This document shows, piece after piece, positions 24,600 to 35,800 of a DNA stretch of 64,000 bases. Below the pieces are notes generated by a model that was not told the DNA's origin, did no database searches, and saw nothing but the letters and a program-made list of their open reading frames with translations. The position numbers and the translations under genes are program-made. Within the stretch, counting starts at the first letter, position 1. The number at the start of each line of letters is the position of its first letter. Source of the stretch: Azolla caroliniana (Eukaryota > Plantae > Polypodiophyta); the NCBI GenBank assembly GCA_043228905.1, contig JBHGNT010000005.1:8494001-8558000 (forward strand), in the 5' to 3' direction.

Positions 24600-27500
24600 G
24601 GCCCACGCTTATCCTTCATCTTCAACCTAAACCCAGTCGCCTTCCTCGATCTTCTTCGGTCGCAGTCGGTGAGTCCGGTCGAACCGTCCTTTGTTCTTTA
24701 CCCTCGCCACCCGCAGCTTCTCCGTGGCTCGGTCTACGTCCTCGGGTCTTCACTCCAGCTGCCGAATCCGTGCCACTAACAACTCCTCCTGGCTCATCTC
24801 GTCTTTCCAGTCCACCGTGGCCCATGAGGAGATTGTCTGCTCCGTTGGCATGATTAGCTTCTGCCCGTATATTAGCTCTGCCGGCATGAACCCGGTTACC
24901 GAACTGTGCGTAGTTCGGTCCGCCCACAACGCATAGGGTAAGAGCCGCGGCCAGTTCCCGACTTGGCCTCCACACGCCCGTACTAAAGCTTTGACGATCG
25001 GCCCGTGTCCGCACTCCGCCTTCCCGTTAGCCTCCGGATTGTACGTTGTGGTGAGCGAGAGTTTAATCCCTAGCCGGTCAAACAACTCTTCCGCCTCTTG
25101 TGCGTCCAATTCTCCGCAGTCGGCCACAATCTTACCTACGCACCCGTACCGGCATACCACTTCTTCGATTAGAAATCAGCACATGACCGTGGATGTTTTG
25201 TTCTGCAACGCTCGGCCTTCCACCTGGTTCGTTAGGTCCTCCCGAGCCAACACCAGATACCGCATCTGCCCTACCCCCATCGACATCGTCACCAGATCCA
25301 CCATCCACTTAAAGTGGATGGTCGGAGGGTAGGTCGGGAGAAGGTCGTCCCGATGTCGGACTATGGAGTGCGCCTGACAACTTTCGCAAGTCGTCACGAA
25401 CCGATGCACGTCCCGGTATAGTCCCGGCCACCAGTACTTCCCCATTAGCTTCTCAAATGTGGCCCACGTCCTATGGTGTTCGGCCCAGGGACTCTCGTGG
25501 TATGCCGTCAGCAATTCTTCCTGTTCCTCTTTCTTCGCCACCACTCGGAGCGGGATGCCGTTTCTCTTCTTCAGGTGCTTCCATATGCTCCCGTCCCGTA
25601 GGAAGAATCGATACGCTTTCTTCTGAATCCGGTTGGTCTCTTCCTTCGTCCACGCCGTGTTCGGTGTCATTGTCTTTAGGAACCCGCCAATCTGGAACCA
25701 CTTCTCGTCATACTTGCTCTCGTCGAATTCGTTAAGCCGCCTCGAAGAAGTCCACGCCGACTTCCTCTTCCTCCGAAACCATGCCGTCCTCGTCATCGAA
25801 CCTCGCTTTTGAAAGCATGTCGGCCATGGCATTGTCCTTTCCGGAAATGTGTCGTATTTCCGGATTCAGGGACTTGATGTACGCTATCCACCTGAGCATT
25901 GCTAGGTCCGGCATCGCGCATCCAGAAACCATGCCGAGAATCGGCAGGCAGTCCGTCTCGATTATCACCTCTGTCACGATCAGGTAGTCTTTATCGGCCT
26001 TGACCGCCGAAACAATACCCTAGAGTTCGCATTTAACTTGGTCATATCCTCGCTGTCGCTCACTGAGGACTTTCGCGCCGAACCGGATGGGGAACCTCGC
26101 GCCATTGTCATCCTCTTGGTTGATCACCCATCCGATCCCGGTCGAACTTGTGTCTACGGTCACGTAAATCGGAGTGTCTTTGCCGTAGACAGCCTTTCAG
26201 AGCGTTGGTGCCGCGGCAAGTGCTTCTTTCATCTTCCGGACCGACTCCGTATGCTCGTCTCTCCACTCGAATTTACGCCCTTTCTTCAACAACCCATAGA
26301 GCGGCTCCGCGACATGGGCGTAATGCGGGATCCATATATGGTAGAACACACATGCTCCTAGGAATCTCCAGACCTCCATAACCAAATTGCAGTCTTGCTT
26401 CATCGTGGAGATGGCCTCCACCTTGGTTGGAGACGGTTTCCGACCGTATGGCCCGCATAGGTGTTCGACGACCATGATCTCCGTTTGCCCGAGGTCAATT
26501 TTTCCCCGGAGAAGGTGAGCCTCGCGCCTTCTAGTCTTTGCAATACCTTCTTGCAGTCATCGACGTGAGTTGCCACGAATTTCTGACATCCATCCGGTCC
26601 GATTGTCTTGTCCTTTTCCTCCACCGGGCATCCTTTGATCGGGATGTCGTCTAAGAATGACATGGTGATGCCCGGGATACAATCCCTCAGCACTTTGTTC
26701 ATTGCGTTCACCATGTGGGCTACCTTGTTCATCCGTCCTTGCGGGAGGGTACACATCCGCACTAGGCCGAGAGGAGTCCGCATCGTCGTAATGTCCCTGC
26801 TCTCCACGGCTAGTTGGAACTGATCGTACCCCGAGTACAGATCACCGACTGAGTAAATCGACCTTCCGGCGAAGGCCTTCACGAACTCGTCTATGGTTAG
26901 TCCGATTCCTGCGTTCCGAATGGTCACCTTGTTGACCGGCTGCAGGTCTTGAATAAAGCGCAACACGCCGTTCTTCTTTGGCACGGTAAACCACCGATTC
27001 GAGTATGGGGCACTTGACGGTTCGAGGATGCGCATCTCCACCTTATGTTTCAACAGCTCCATCAGCTTCGGGATGTGAGCTCTGGGTACCAGAATCGGTT
27101 TGAGATTCCACGGCACATGCGGTACCGTGAAGATCACCATTGGTTCCACAATCGTCGAGTCTACGCACCCGATCTCCTCCGGTGAGAATGCAAAAGCCTT
27201 CCCGTGCCTCCTGAGCATTCTCTGAAACCGGTCCTCTTCCACCTGCAGTAGAAAGCCACCCCCACCGATCTTGAGCTCTCGTAGCATTATGTCGGTGAAC
27301 GTGTGTCCTATGCTGGACAGACCTCGCAAACTTGGGTTTGACGCGACCCCCTTTATCCGTAACTCGCTGCCCTCCGGCAAGGGTGCCGCGACTGGCCTCA
27401 CCTTCCGGTCCACAGTCTTGTACTTCGTATGCACTCGGGCCGTCCAATCCGACTCGAGTCCATTACCGAAGTCGGCGATGACTTCGTACATCCTTTCTGA

Positions 27501-27821
27501 ACTTATCGGAATCGTCCGGTCCTCGTTAAGGCCTTCTCCGAACACCTCCCATAACTTCCCTAAGGTGTCGTCGAAAGAGACCGCCTCCATGCCTTTGTTG
27601 ATTTCCTCTTCAAGGCCGAGGACTCTGCATGCCTGAAGTCGCTCCTCTGCCCACTTCTTTTCCCGGCCAACTACGCCGGCTATCGTACAACCTCCGCTAT
27701 CGGAGAACCAAAATTTCCTACCTATTGTACAGGTCTTTTTGCCTAAAGTACATTTGTGGGGTTTTTCTGGGGTGTCTGGACTATCGCGGCCCCACGCCTT
27801 GATAGCCCTCTCTAAAAATCC
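24600..27821 (-). pseudogene. pol (RT-RNase H-integrase) of the Trp-primed Gypsy, several frameshifts
   Basis: ORFs 26400-27590, 26197-26475, 25732-25977, 25176-25832 and 24750-25160 carry RT/RH/INT motifs in order; the frame is open from 27821 into ORF 27590. Confidence 0.9.
27756..27821 (-). promoter_or_regulatory. Programmed -1 ribosomal frameshift signal (G GAU UUU + H-type pseudoknot)
   Basis: Heptamer at 27821-27815 directly before the gag-PR TAG; 6-nt spacer; stem 1 GGGCUAUC/GAUAGUCC; loop GUGGGG pairs with downstream CCCCAC; the -1 frame is stop-free for 77 codons into the RT ORF. Confidence 0.8.
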
Positions 27822-29660
27822 CTTCGGTTTTCGCCACCAAGGGTCTTGCGGTTACGCTCATGGTTCGGTCGCACTGTTAGGAACTGGACCGAGTGACGCC
27901 CATCTTGGCTCTTGACTCGTGCATATGCCGAACCGTTGTCCAACACCTTTGTCTCCATCCGTGCCGCCGTGATGTACAGTTCCCCGAGTATAACCGGATG
28001 TGAGGACATCGATCTCGACATTGCCGATTTTCACTTGTACATTCGGGCAGGCTCCATGCAGCTCTTCCATGGCACGCATTGCTGCCCGTATTTTCCACCC
28101 GTGCTTGGTGTTGATCGGCCACTTCCCCTTTCTGTAGAAGTCCATGGACATCAAGTTGATTTCTGAACCATGGTCCACCAACGCCACCACCGGCTCCTGA
28201 ACATCTCCAATCTTAACGGGGGTCTCCGTGGTTGCTCTGGCCCAATGTGGCCTTGAATAGTGGCTCTCCACCAACTCGTCTTCTAGGGCCATGTCTTCTA
28301 GGTGCGTCGTTTGCACCTCCACCGGCTTCTTCAGCTCCGGCTATGTTGAAAGCCTTTTCCGCTTCACCAAGTCCATGATGGAGTCATGGAACTCCTTCTT
28401 GGTGATTCCGAGCACTTCCCTCAGTGACAACTCCACTTTGCTGTCGAGGATACGTTCCTTGAGGACCTTTCATAGGTCCGTGGTCCTCTCGATCTCCGTG
28501 CTCAATCTGTACCTGGCCCTCTTGGCTTTATCCGGTGCTCCGGTCGCACCGGCATCATTCTGCTTTTGCCCAAATCGGGTTTCATACCATTGTGAGGGTC
28601 TGGTCCCTCCGGTCTTACCCGCACTCTTTTCCTCCACCAGAACCTCGTAGTTTTGGCAAGCGGCTTCAACGAAGCCCGTCTTCTCTTCGACCGGGTCACT
28701 CCACCTGGTTGCCTCCCGGACTCGTCTTTCCTCGCGGTTCGCTTCCTCTTTCCTCAACCGCACGCTGGCGAGGCCTTTCAGCATCAACGGCCAAAATCAG
28801 GCTTCCTTCGCCTTCCGGAGTTCATCACTTCCGAGCCGGATTCCGGCCGACGCCGAGTAGTGGACGCTCTCCGCGTGGCGAGCCGTTGCTTCTCCCATCA
28901 GCCGTTTCATACCCCCTCGTCCGACATTCAGATGTCGGGCCCTTCGGGTCTCGCTAGCGTGCACCAGACCATTCCATAGGTACACCACGTTAGCTCTTAT
29001 CGCTTCGGCGAAGTCCCTGCAGTCCTTTCAGGCGTGGCCGACCGCGTTGCACCACAAGCACCGGTTCCCAGTCGGAGGCCTTCGGTCACAGACTTGTTCC
29101 CTGCCGTCCCTCCTTGCTTGTGGAATCTGGAGGTCCCTCACCATCTGAGTCAGCTCCTCCAGAGCCGCTCCTCCGGACGAGCCTTTGACCATGTTGGTCG
29201 AAGTCGAGCCGGTCTCGAGCCAGTCTCGGGTCTCTTCCCTTCGCGCCGGTGGGGGTTCCTCGACCTTCCCCTGTCAAGCCTTTATCGACCCACTCACGCC
29301 GTTTGTCAAAACAACTGCAAACTCTCTTTACCACGGCCTAGTCGGTTGTTAGGCCGTCATCGGTCTCCAGCAGGAAGCCCACTTGCTCCCAGTCCCTTAC
29401 GTCCACCGATTTAACGAACAATAGGACACGACTTGTGTCTAATACGGTCCGGTCCAGCGCCGAAAGACGTGCGAAGCGTTCTTCAAACTCCCGAAGGAGC
29501 ATCGAGGCGTCGTTCCCACCAAACCGGCCTATGGTGCCGACGACTGCTTCAATAGCCCTATCGAGGGCGCCTGGCTTCGTGCGGACTCACTATCCGATCC
29601 ACAGCCGAAGCCATGGCTTCTACAAGATCCAACCCTCTCATCTTCCTATTCTGCTGCCAT
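27812..29660 (-). pseudogene. gag-protease of the Trp-primed Gypsy (degenerate)
   Basis: Zn-knuckle remnant near 29060, HWARAT..VKIG..VALVDHGSEINLMS protease, HPVILG..YITAARMETKV tail ending RRDF-stop. Confidence 0.8.
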
Positions 29661-29663
29661 CTG

Positions 29664-29681
29664 TTCACGTCGGGTTCACCA
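29664..29681 (-). promoter_or_regulatory. Primer-binding site, tRNA-Trp
   Basis: Plus strand TTCACGTCGGGTTCACCA matches the 3' 18 nt of plant cytosolic tRNA-Trp(CCA) as I recall it; 4 nt from the LTR. Confidence 0.85.
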
Positions 29682-29685
29682 AATA

Positions 29686-30366
29686 TTTCGCGTTGTTACG
29701 CGCGTGCGTGGAGAACGAGGCGGCACCACGGGGGCCTTGGACCGAGGAATAACCGAATGAGAAGAGGGGAAGGTAACTACCGATCTACTTCACACGCGCA
29801 TAGACACACAGATTCACAGGAGTTGCAACTTAACTCTAAACAATGGAGACAGAATGAATGTATATGTATATACAAATCAAGGAGTTACAACCAGCAAGCC
29901 GGGGAGTGATAGGCTCCGACGCCTCACACACACAAACACACACACACATGGAACGCGAGATGGAGACTCTACCGGAAGCACTCGGGCGTTCTGCGGAGCA
30001 GAGTCAGCCTCTTGAAAACCTGCACAGAACGACTATGGAGAAGACAGAGGAGAAAAGCTCGGTTCCAATCCGGCAACACTTCGTCCTCCACAAAACGCGA
30101 TACCCCCCTTTTGCAATACCTCTCCCTCTCTTTTATAACCCAAGGAGGGAGGCCATTACCACCTGTTACATCATGTTTATTCCCTGTCCTTTTGGACAGG
30201 GATACGCCTCGATTTTCTCCCCTAATGAATGTGTGCTACCTAGGATTTCACCTGAGCTGACTTGTACCTATCTACGTACTATACAACAGAACTTGTGCCC
30301 ATGTGTAAGGGCTGGTTTACGCACGTTATACCTGGTTTCCGCCTAGGGACGGTTTTCTCCACGACA
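29686..30366 (-). repeat. 5' LTR of the Trp-primed Gypsy
   Basis: Homologous to 23856-24534; adjacent to the PBS. Confidence 0.93.
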
Positions 30367-30796
30367 ACGGTCCGATTCATCCTTTCAGTAAATCCGTTTA
30401 GCTCTGGTGTCTTCTACACGGTGAATTCGAGCCAGATTCCCTTCGACCGATAGTACTCCTCGAACCACCCCCGGTATTCTCCTATGTTGTCATCTTGAAT
30501 GGCCAAGTTCGGCTTCCGACCGGTTTCCCTTTCCACTCTCGCGTGGAATTCCTTGAAGACGGATAATACCTGATCCTTCGTCTTTAGTGGTGAGATCAAC
30601 AACTTCCGGCTACGGTCATCTATGAATGTCACGAAGTACTGCGATCCGGCATGTGACTTCGTGTCCACTTGCCATAGATCGGTATGCACAAGTTCCAGCG
30701 GTGCATTCCGTCTTGTCGGTGGCTTCGACCTGAAAGAGGTTCGGTTTTGTCATCAAATTTTCGGATCTCAACTCCTGTACCGGGAATTGATGCCAT
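30367..30796 (-). pseudogene. Copia integrase N-terminal part fused by deletion to a 15-codon gag stub
   Basis: MASIPGTGVEIRKFD (ATG 30796) joins at ~30750 to QNRTSF...PLELVHTDLW...YFVTFIDD; the rest of gag and protease are absent. Confidence 0.8.
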
Positions 30797-30880
30797 GATT
30801 CTTTTGAAAGTGAGATTTGCTAACCTGGTCTTTTCCCTTTCAGTTTTTTTTTGTTGTTTGTTGCCGTCGAGCCACGAATC

Positions 30881-30892
30881 GCTCTGATACTA
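30881..30892 (-). promoter_or_regulatory. Primer-binding site, tRNA-iMet
   Basis: Minus strand TAGTATCAGAGC, one mismatch from TGGTATCAGAGC, 2 nt from a CAACA LTR end. Confidence 0.85.
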
Positions 30893-30894
30893 GT

Positions 30895-31183
30895 TGTTGC
30901 GTAAGTGTATGCACGGAAACGTATGCGAGGACTTGTCAGTCGTGCTAAGCAAACAACACAGAAGGAGGGCAAGAAGATATAGACAGATGTTAGATACACA
31001 GATTGAAGCTTTAATGGAAGCTCTATTATGTTCTCTGTCTCTCTCTCGGAGACTCCATATAGTATATGATCAAGTGATCTCTTCTTTACAATGTTTTGTT
31101 ATCGCTTATATACTAAGCCCTAACTATATGTATGAGTTCACACTAGAATACAAAGTGAAGGGAGTTAGCCTTTTATGCCAACA
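30895..31183 (-). repeat. Copia-type 5' LTR of a different family (LTR-B)
   Basis: TGTTG...CAACA termini, minus-strand TATA (gtatataagc), abuts the Met PBS; not alignable by eye with LTR-A. Confidence 0.7.
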
Positions 31184-31224
31184 AATAGTGCTAGTGATTA
31201 GTGTCATTCACTCAGTATGGGAGG

Positions 31225-31635
31225 TGTCGAGTTTGAATCTTTGATAGTGTGGTGTGGATTAATGAGACTTTATTCCTTTTCCTCTTTTTCGAAAGGGGGA
31301 AGGAATATTTAAGCATTTAATATAGACGAGGTGCCCTCTTCCTATAAAAGAAGGAATGGGAGTTCATTCTGAGGGGTTGGGTGTTTTGAGGAGATTTCAG
31401 CATTTTAGGGTTTCTTGAGTTCTACTTCTTCTTCAACTCTTCTTGGGTTTCCTTGTTTGAGGAGTGCTCTTCTTCTCCCTTCTTCTTCGTCTCCTCCTTT
31501 CTTGTTCTTTGTTGTTGGTGGTTTGTGTGTTCGATCGTTGGTGTTCATGTGCTCGTGTTCGGTTGTTATCTTCGGTGTTCGGGTAGAGCCTTTGCCATGT
31601 GGTGAGGGCATACACTATATTGCTCCATTCATCTT
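31225..31635 (+). repeat. Truncated LTR-like segment (LTR-C)
   Basis: Purine run GGGAGG then TG start, TATA cctataaaag ~31341, CT-rich leader; cut off by LTR-D. Confidence 0.45.
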
Positions 31636-32099
31636 TGTAAAAAGATTCATGCACGGAAGTGTGTTTGGAACTCGATGGTTAGGTAAACGCAGGGAATGGA
31701 CACATAGTGAGTTAGAGAGAGACACAGAGAGAGCAGACAACAAAACTCGTATTCAACAATAATCAACACTCTGTACATACAACATGCTCAGTGAGCACTT
31801 TTTATATACAACCCTTCACGAGTGGGCTGACATAAGTATTGACAAGTACTTGAATGCTCATTAACTGAGCCTGACACTAATAGCCTACAATAGTCCTATT
31901 TACTATAATAGGAATATAGGGCCTTAATGGCCTTTTCGATTTCATCTGACTCAGCACACCCGAATCAAACTCTATTCGATTCGGCTCTTGGCTTCTTTAG
32001 CCGAATCGGGCTTGTTCAATCAGTCTTCAACCGATTCGGCCCAAGTTGAGCTTATCTCTCAACACTCCCCCTCAAGCTCAACTTGAGGTCCCTCCATGT
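31636..32099 (-). mobile_element. Copia 3' LTR (LTR-D, 31636-32064) with PPT and the last pol codons
   Basis: TGTAAA...CTCAACA; minus strand reads SLRGSVER-stop across the PPT GAGGGGGAG; termini resemble the solo LTR at 42838-43272. Confidence 0.75.
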
Positions 32100-32855
32100 C
32101 ATGGTTGTTTACGTACCCGTATTTAACGTTTAAATACATATAGTACCTCATCATTTGTATAGTACGTACTATACCTCAATGTTGTTCAGTCAAATATTAT
32201 GTATATTTGTCCAATACGGTATTTAGCGTATTTATAAAAAAACAAGTATAATACGTATTTATAAAGAAAATGTAAGTAAAACCCTAACAAAAAGAAAAAG
32301 AAAAAAAAGATTTTAGTGAAAAAGAAGCCAAAGGAAGGAAGAAAGAAGAATAGAAGAGATGATGATGAAGAAGATGAAGAAGAAAAGGACGAAGAGAGAA
32401 AAGAAGACATAAACCTGTCCTGAGTGTGATAATCGCAGTAGATAGAAGAAGAAGAAGAAGAAGAAGAAAACGAAGAAAAGAGAAACCTATAATGAGTGTG
32501 ATAATCGAAGACAATTCCTCAATCTATGAAGGCATAATTGTAAATAATTACAATTTGAAGTAGAACATACACTGATTTATAGAATAGGGGAATGTCGACA
32601 TCCATATTACTACTAGTATTTTAGGATGTGAAATGTTCAAATTTCTTATATGCATTTTAGGATGTAGAACTATATTGTACATCACAAAATTGTGTAAACA
32701 TAGATGATTTTTACAATATTATAGATATTTTTTAGAAAGGTAAATAATTTTCAAATTCTATAAGTATTTAACATACTATACGTATTTTACGTATTTTATA
32801 AGTTCTTAACATATTAAGAAAATGTATTTAACGTATTTTTAAATTGGGAGCCATG
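32100..32855. mobile_element. Non-autonomous hAT-like DNA transposon (MITE) without a clear TSD
   Basis: CATGG...CCATG termini, many subterminal CGTATT/AATACG motifs, AT-rich with an internal GAA repeat; similar in make-up to 35695-36058. Confidence 0.55.
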
Positions 32856-35800
32856 ATGTCGAAATACCTTTTGCATAACAAGATCACTTGTCTCCTTGCT
32901 GGTGATGGCCTTCGTACATGGTAGGAAATATGCCATCTTTGTAAAGCGGTCCACCACTATCAAGATAGTATCAAACCCTCGAGAAGGGGGCAAATCGGTA
33001 ATAAAATCAAGTGAAATAGACTACCAGGGTTTTGTTGGGAGTGGTAATGGTTGTAACAACCCATAGGGATGGTGACGAGGCATTTTTGTACGACAACATG
33101 TGCCACATGTACGAACATACTCCTCAACAAAATTACGGAGCTTAGGCCACCAAAATGCACGGTTGACTAACTCTAAGGTCTTTTGAATTCCAAAATGCCC
33201 AACCATATAAGTGTCATGGCAATGTTGTAACACCTTAAGACGAGAAGATCCATCAGGGACATAGAGAAGACCAGGCTTATAAAATAGTAGGTCATTCTAC
33301 CATGTGAATTGATTGTAATCTACATGAGGATGTTGTGCCTTAGAACAAGAAGCGTGATTCGGATCTTGAGAACTTCTTGAGCAAAGAGATCTATTTGAAG
33401 ATCCTGGCGAATAGAATTAAGGATGTTGGACTCAACTGGCATGTCCGAAACTTCCACAACTTGTAATTGTGCAGGTCCTAAAAGAATTTGTTTTTGATGA
33501 TCAAATGTTGCCTCACTAGGACGAGGTGCAAGATATGTTTGTCGTGATAAAGCATCTGCCTTGCCCTATTATGATCTAGGCCGATATAGAATTTTAAACT
33601 CAAAACGAGTGAGGAATTGTGCCCATCGAGCCAGTCGTCTTGTCAACACTCGAGCATTCTGAAAGTATGTTAGGTTTTTGTGGTCACTATAAACTAGTAT
33701 TTGATGAAGAGAACCCTCCAAGTGATGTTGCCATTGCTCAAAGGAGTCAACAATAGCGAGCAAATCTTTATCATTCACTTCATAGTTGATCTTTGCAACA
33801 TTGGATTTATGTGAATGGAAAGCCACTGGATGAAGTTGCCCATCATCTCCCTGTTGTGACAAGATGCTTCCAAGAGCAAAATCTGATGCATAAGCTTCTA
33901 TAATACATGGTTTGTGGGGATCAACATGTCAAGCTAATATAGGGGTAGATGTAAATGCATTTTTTAGATCCACAAAAGCCTTGGGTGCACCAAGTGTCCA
34001 AATAAATGACTGATTCTTTTGGGTGAGCTTTGTAAGAGGTAAAATGATTGCCGAATAACCCTTAATGAATTTGCAAATCCTAAAAAACATTGGACATCTC
34101 GGACCGAACATGGAATTTGCATTGTTTGAACTTTAGTTGGATCCATCGAGATACCTTCGGATGAAACAACATAGCCCAAAAACTCTACTTGTTTGCAATC
34201 AAAATTACATTTCTCCAGCTTAGCATAAAGACCATATTCACGCAACCGTTGTAAAACTTGCCGAACATGGGTATTATGCTCTTCTTGTGTCTTGGAATAG
34301 ATCAGTAGGTCATCTAAGTAAATAATCAGAAAGATATCTAGAAAATCGTGAAAGATATCATTAGCCATATGCTGAAAAACTACAGGTGCATTAGTAAGTC
34401 CAAACGGCATGACTGTATATTCAAAGTGGCCATTATTGAGTGCGAAAAGTCATATTCCATTCATCATCGGGACGAATCCGGACAAGATTATAAGCACCTC
34501 GAAGATCAATTTTAGTAAAAAAATTTGCCCCACTAATCTATTCTAAAAGGCTAGAGATCAAAGGTAATGCATACCTATTTCTGATAGTGACCTTATCTAA
34601 CCCTCGCTAATCCACCACCAAATGAAGTGGGCCATCTTTCTTTTTCATAAAGAAAATGGGTGCCCCAGCTAGAGACTTTGAATGTCGAATGAATCCTTTT
34701 GCCAGATTTTTATCAATGTATTCTCGAAGAACCTCTAGCTCTATTGGCGACAAATTATAGATCGGTCCCCACGGTGGCTCTTTCCCTGGTTGTAGGTCGA
34801 TGGGACAATCATAAGGTCGATGCTCAGGGAGTATATCAGCTTTCACTTTGTCGAAGACATCTACAAATTCTTTATACTTGTGTGGAAGTTTAATCTCTGA
34901 ACTACCCTCAAAATCTTTAAAAAGCTTCGTTGATATTGCAAATAGAAACATTTCCTCCTTTCTTCCCTTTTTTGCGTATTTGTTGCAGCGAAATAGTAGA
35001 AATTTTGTAGTATTCGGCCTTTACACTACCATCTTCTAACATTTGTAATTCTTTTTTGCCTTGACTTTGACATCTAATTGTCCATTTCTGCCAATCAATG
35101 CTTGGGTTGTGAAGCTCGAACCAAGGTAAGCCTAGAACAATCGGATGCTCTAGACTACTAATAATATTGAAAGATATAACACATGCCAAATCATCTAAGA
35201 CTACTCATACAGGCTCAGACTCTTCAGTTATGTTTCCGAAAGCAATAGGGCGTCCATCAATGACTACTACGGAAGCTTGATAAGGGAGTTTATGCAAGGA
35301 TATTTTCTATGCTAAGGCAAATTCTCTATCCATGAAACAAGAATTGGCTCTAGTGTCTAGAAGGGCTAAGACATGAACTTGATGTTGGCTTGAGGTACTG
35401 ACTTCTACTTGACTTGAGAAGACTTTACTTACTTCCTTGGAAGAAATGGAACCACTACTAGAGATAGGCTGTACAGATCTAGGACTGTCCAACCAAATGG
35501 CTCCTATTTTGGCTGAACCTATTCGTTTAACTCTTCCTCTAGTTGACTCAAAACTTCAAATCTATTTGAGAGAGTTGGGCTATGAGGATTATTTGCTCTA
35601 TTTGGGAAAGTTGGGCTACTGAGATTGTTTTCAAATATTCTTATTGGATTAGACTCGGGTGTAGTAAGGATTTGATTTACCTGATGCTTTGGTCCATTGT
35701 TGTAAAATATTTAGCATAAAATATGCGTACAATATGTATTATAAGTATTCTACAAGTATTCTAACTTTTTTTTAAAAATACTATTTTATAGATAAAGTAC

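Larger units (their letters stand above)
23856..30366 (-). mobile_element. Ty3/Gypsy element with tRNA-Trp PBS and 4-bp TSD (fungal-like RT; possibly Phygy-type), degenerate
   Basis: ~680-bp LTRs, outer termini TGTCGTG...CACGACA, TSD ACGG (23852-23855 / 30367-30370); removing it restores Copia ERMNRTVMDRV; gag, PR (VDHGSEIN), RT (DLQPVNKV, DLYSGYDQ, FLDDIP), RNase H, INT (YWWPGLY, YNPEANG). Confidence 0.92.

Noticed and set aside
30895-31635. LTR-B + short spacer + LTR-C as a TRIM
   Set aside because: The two LTRs are not homologous and their TATA boxes point in opposite directions.
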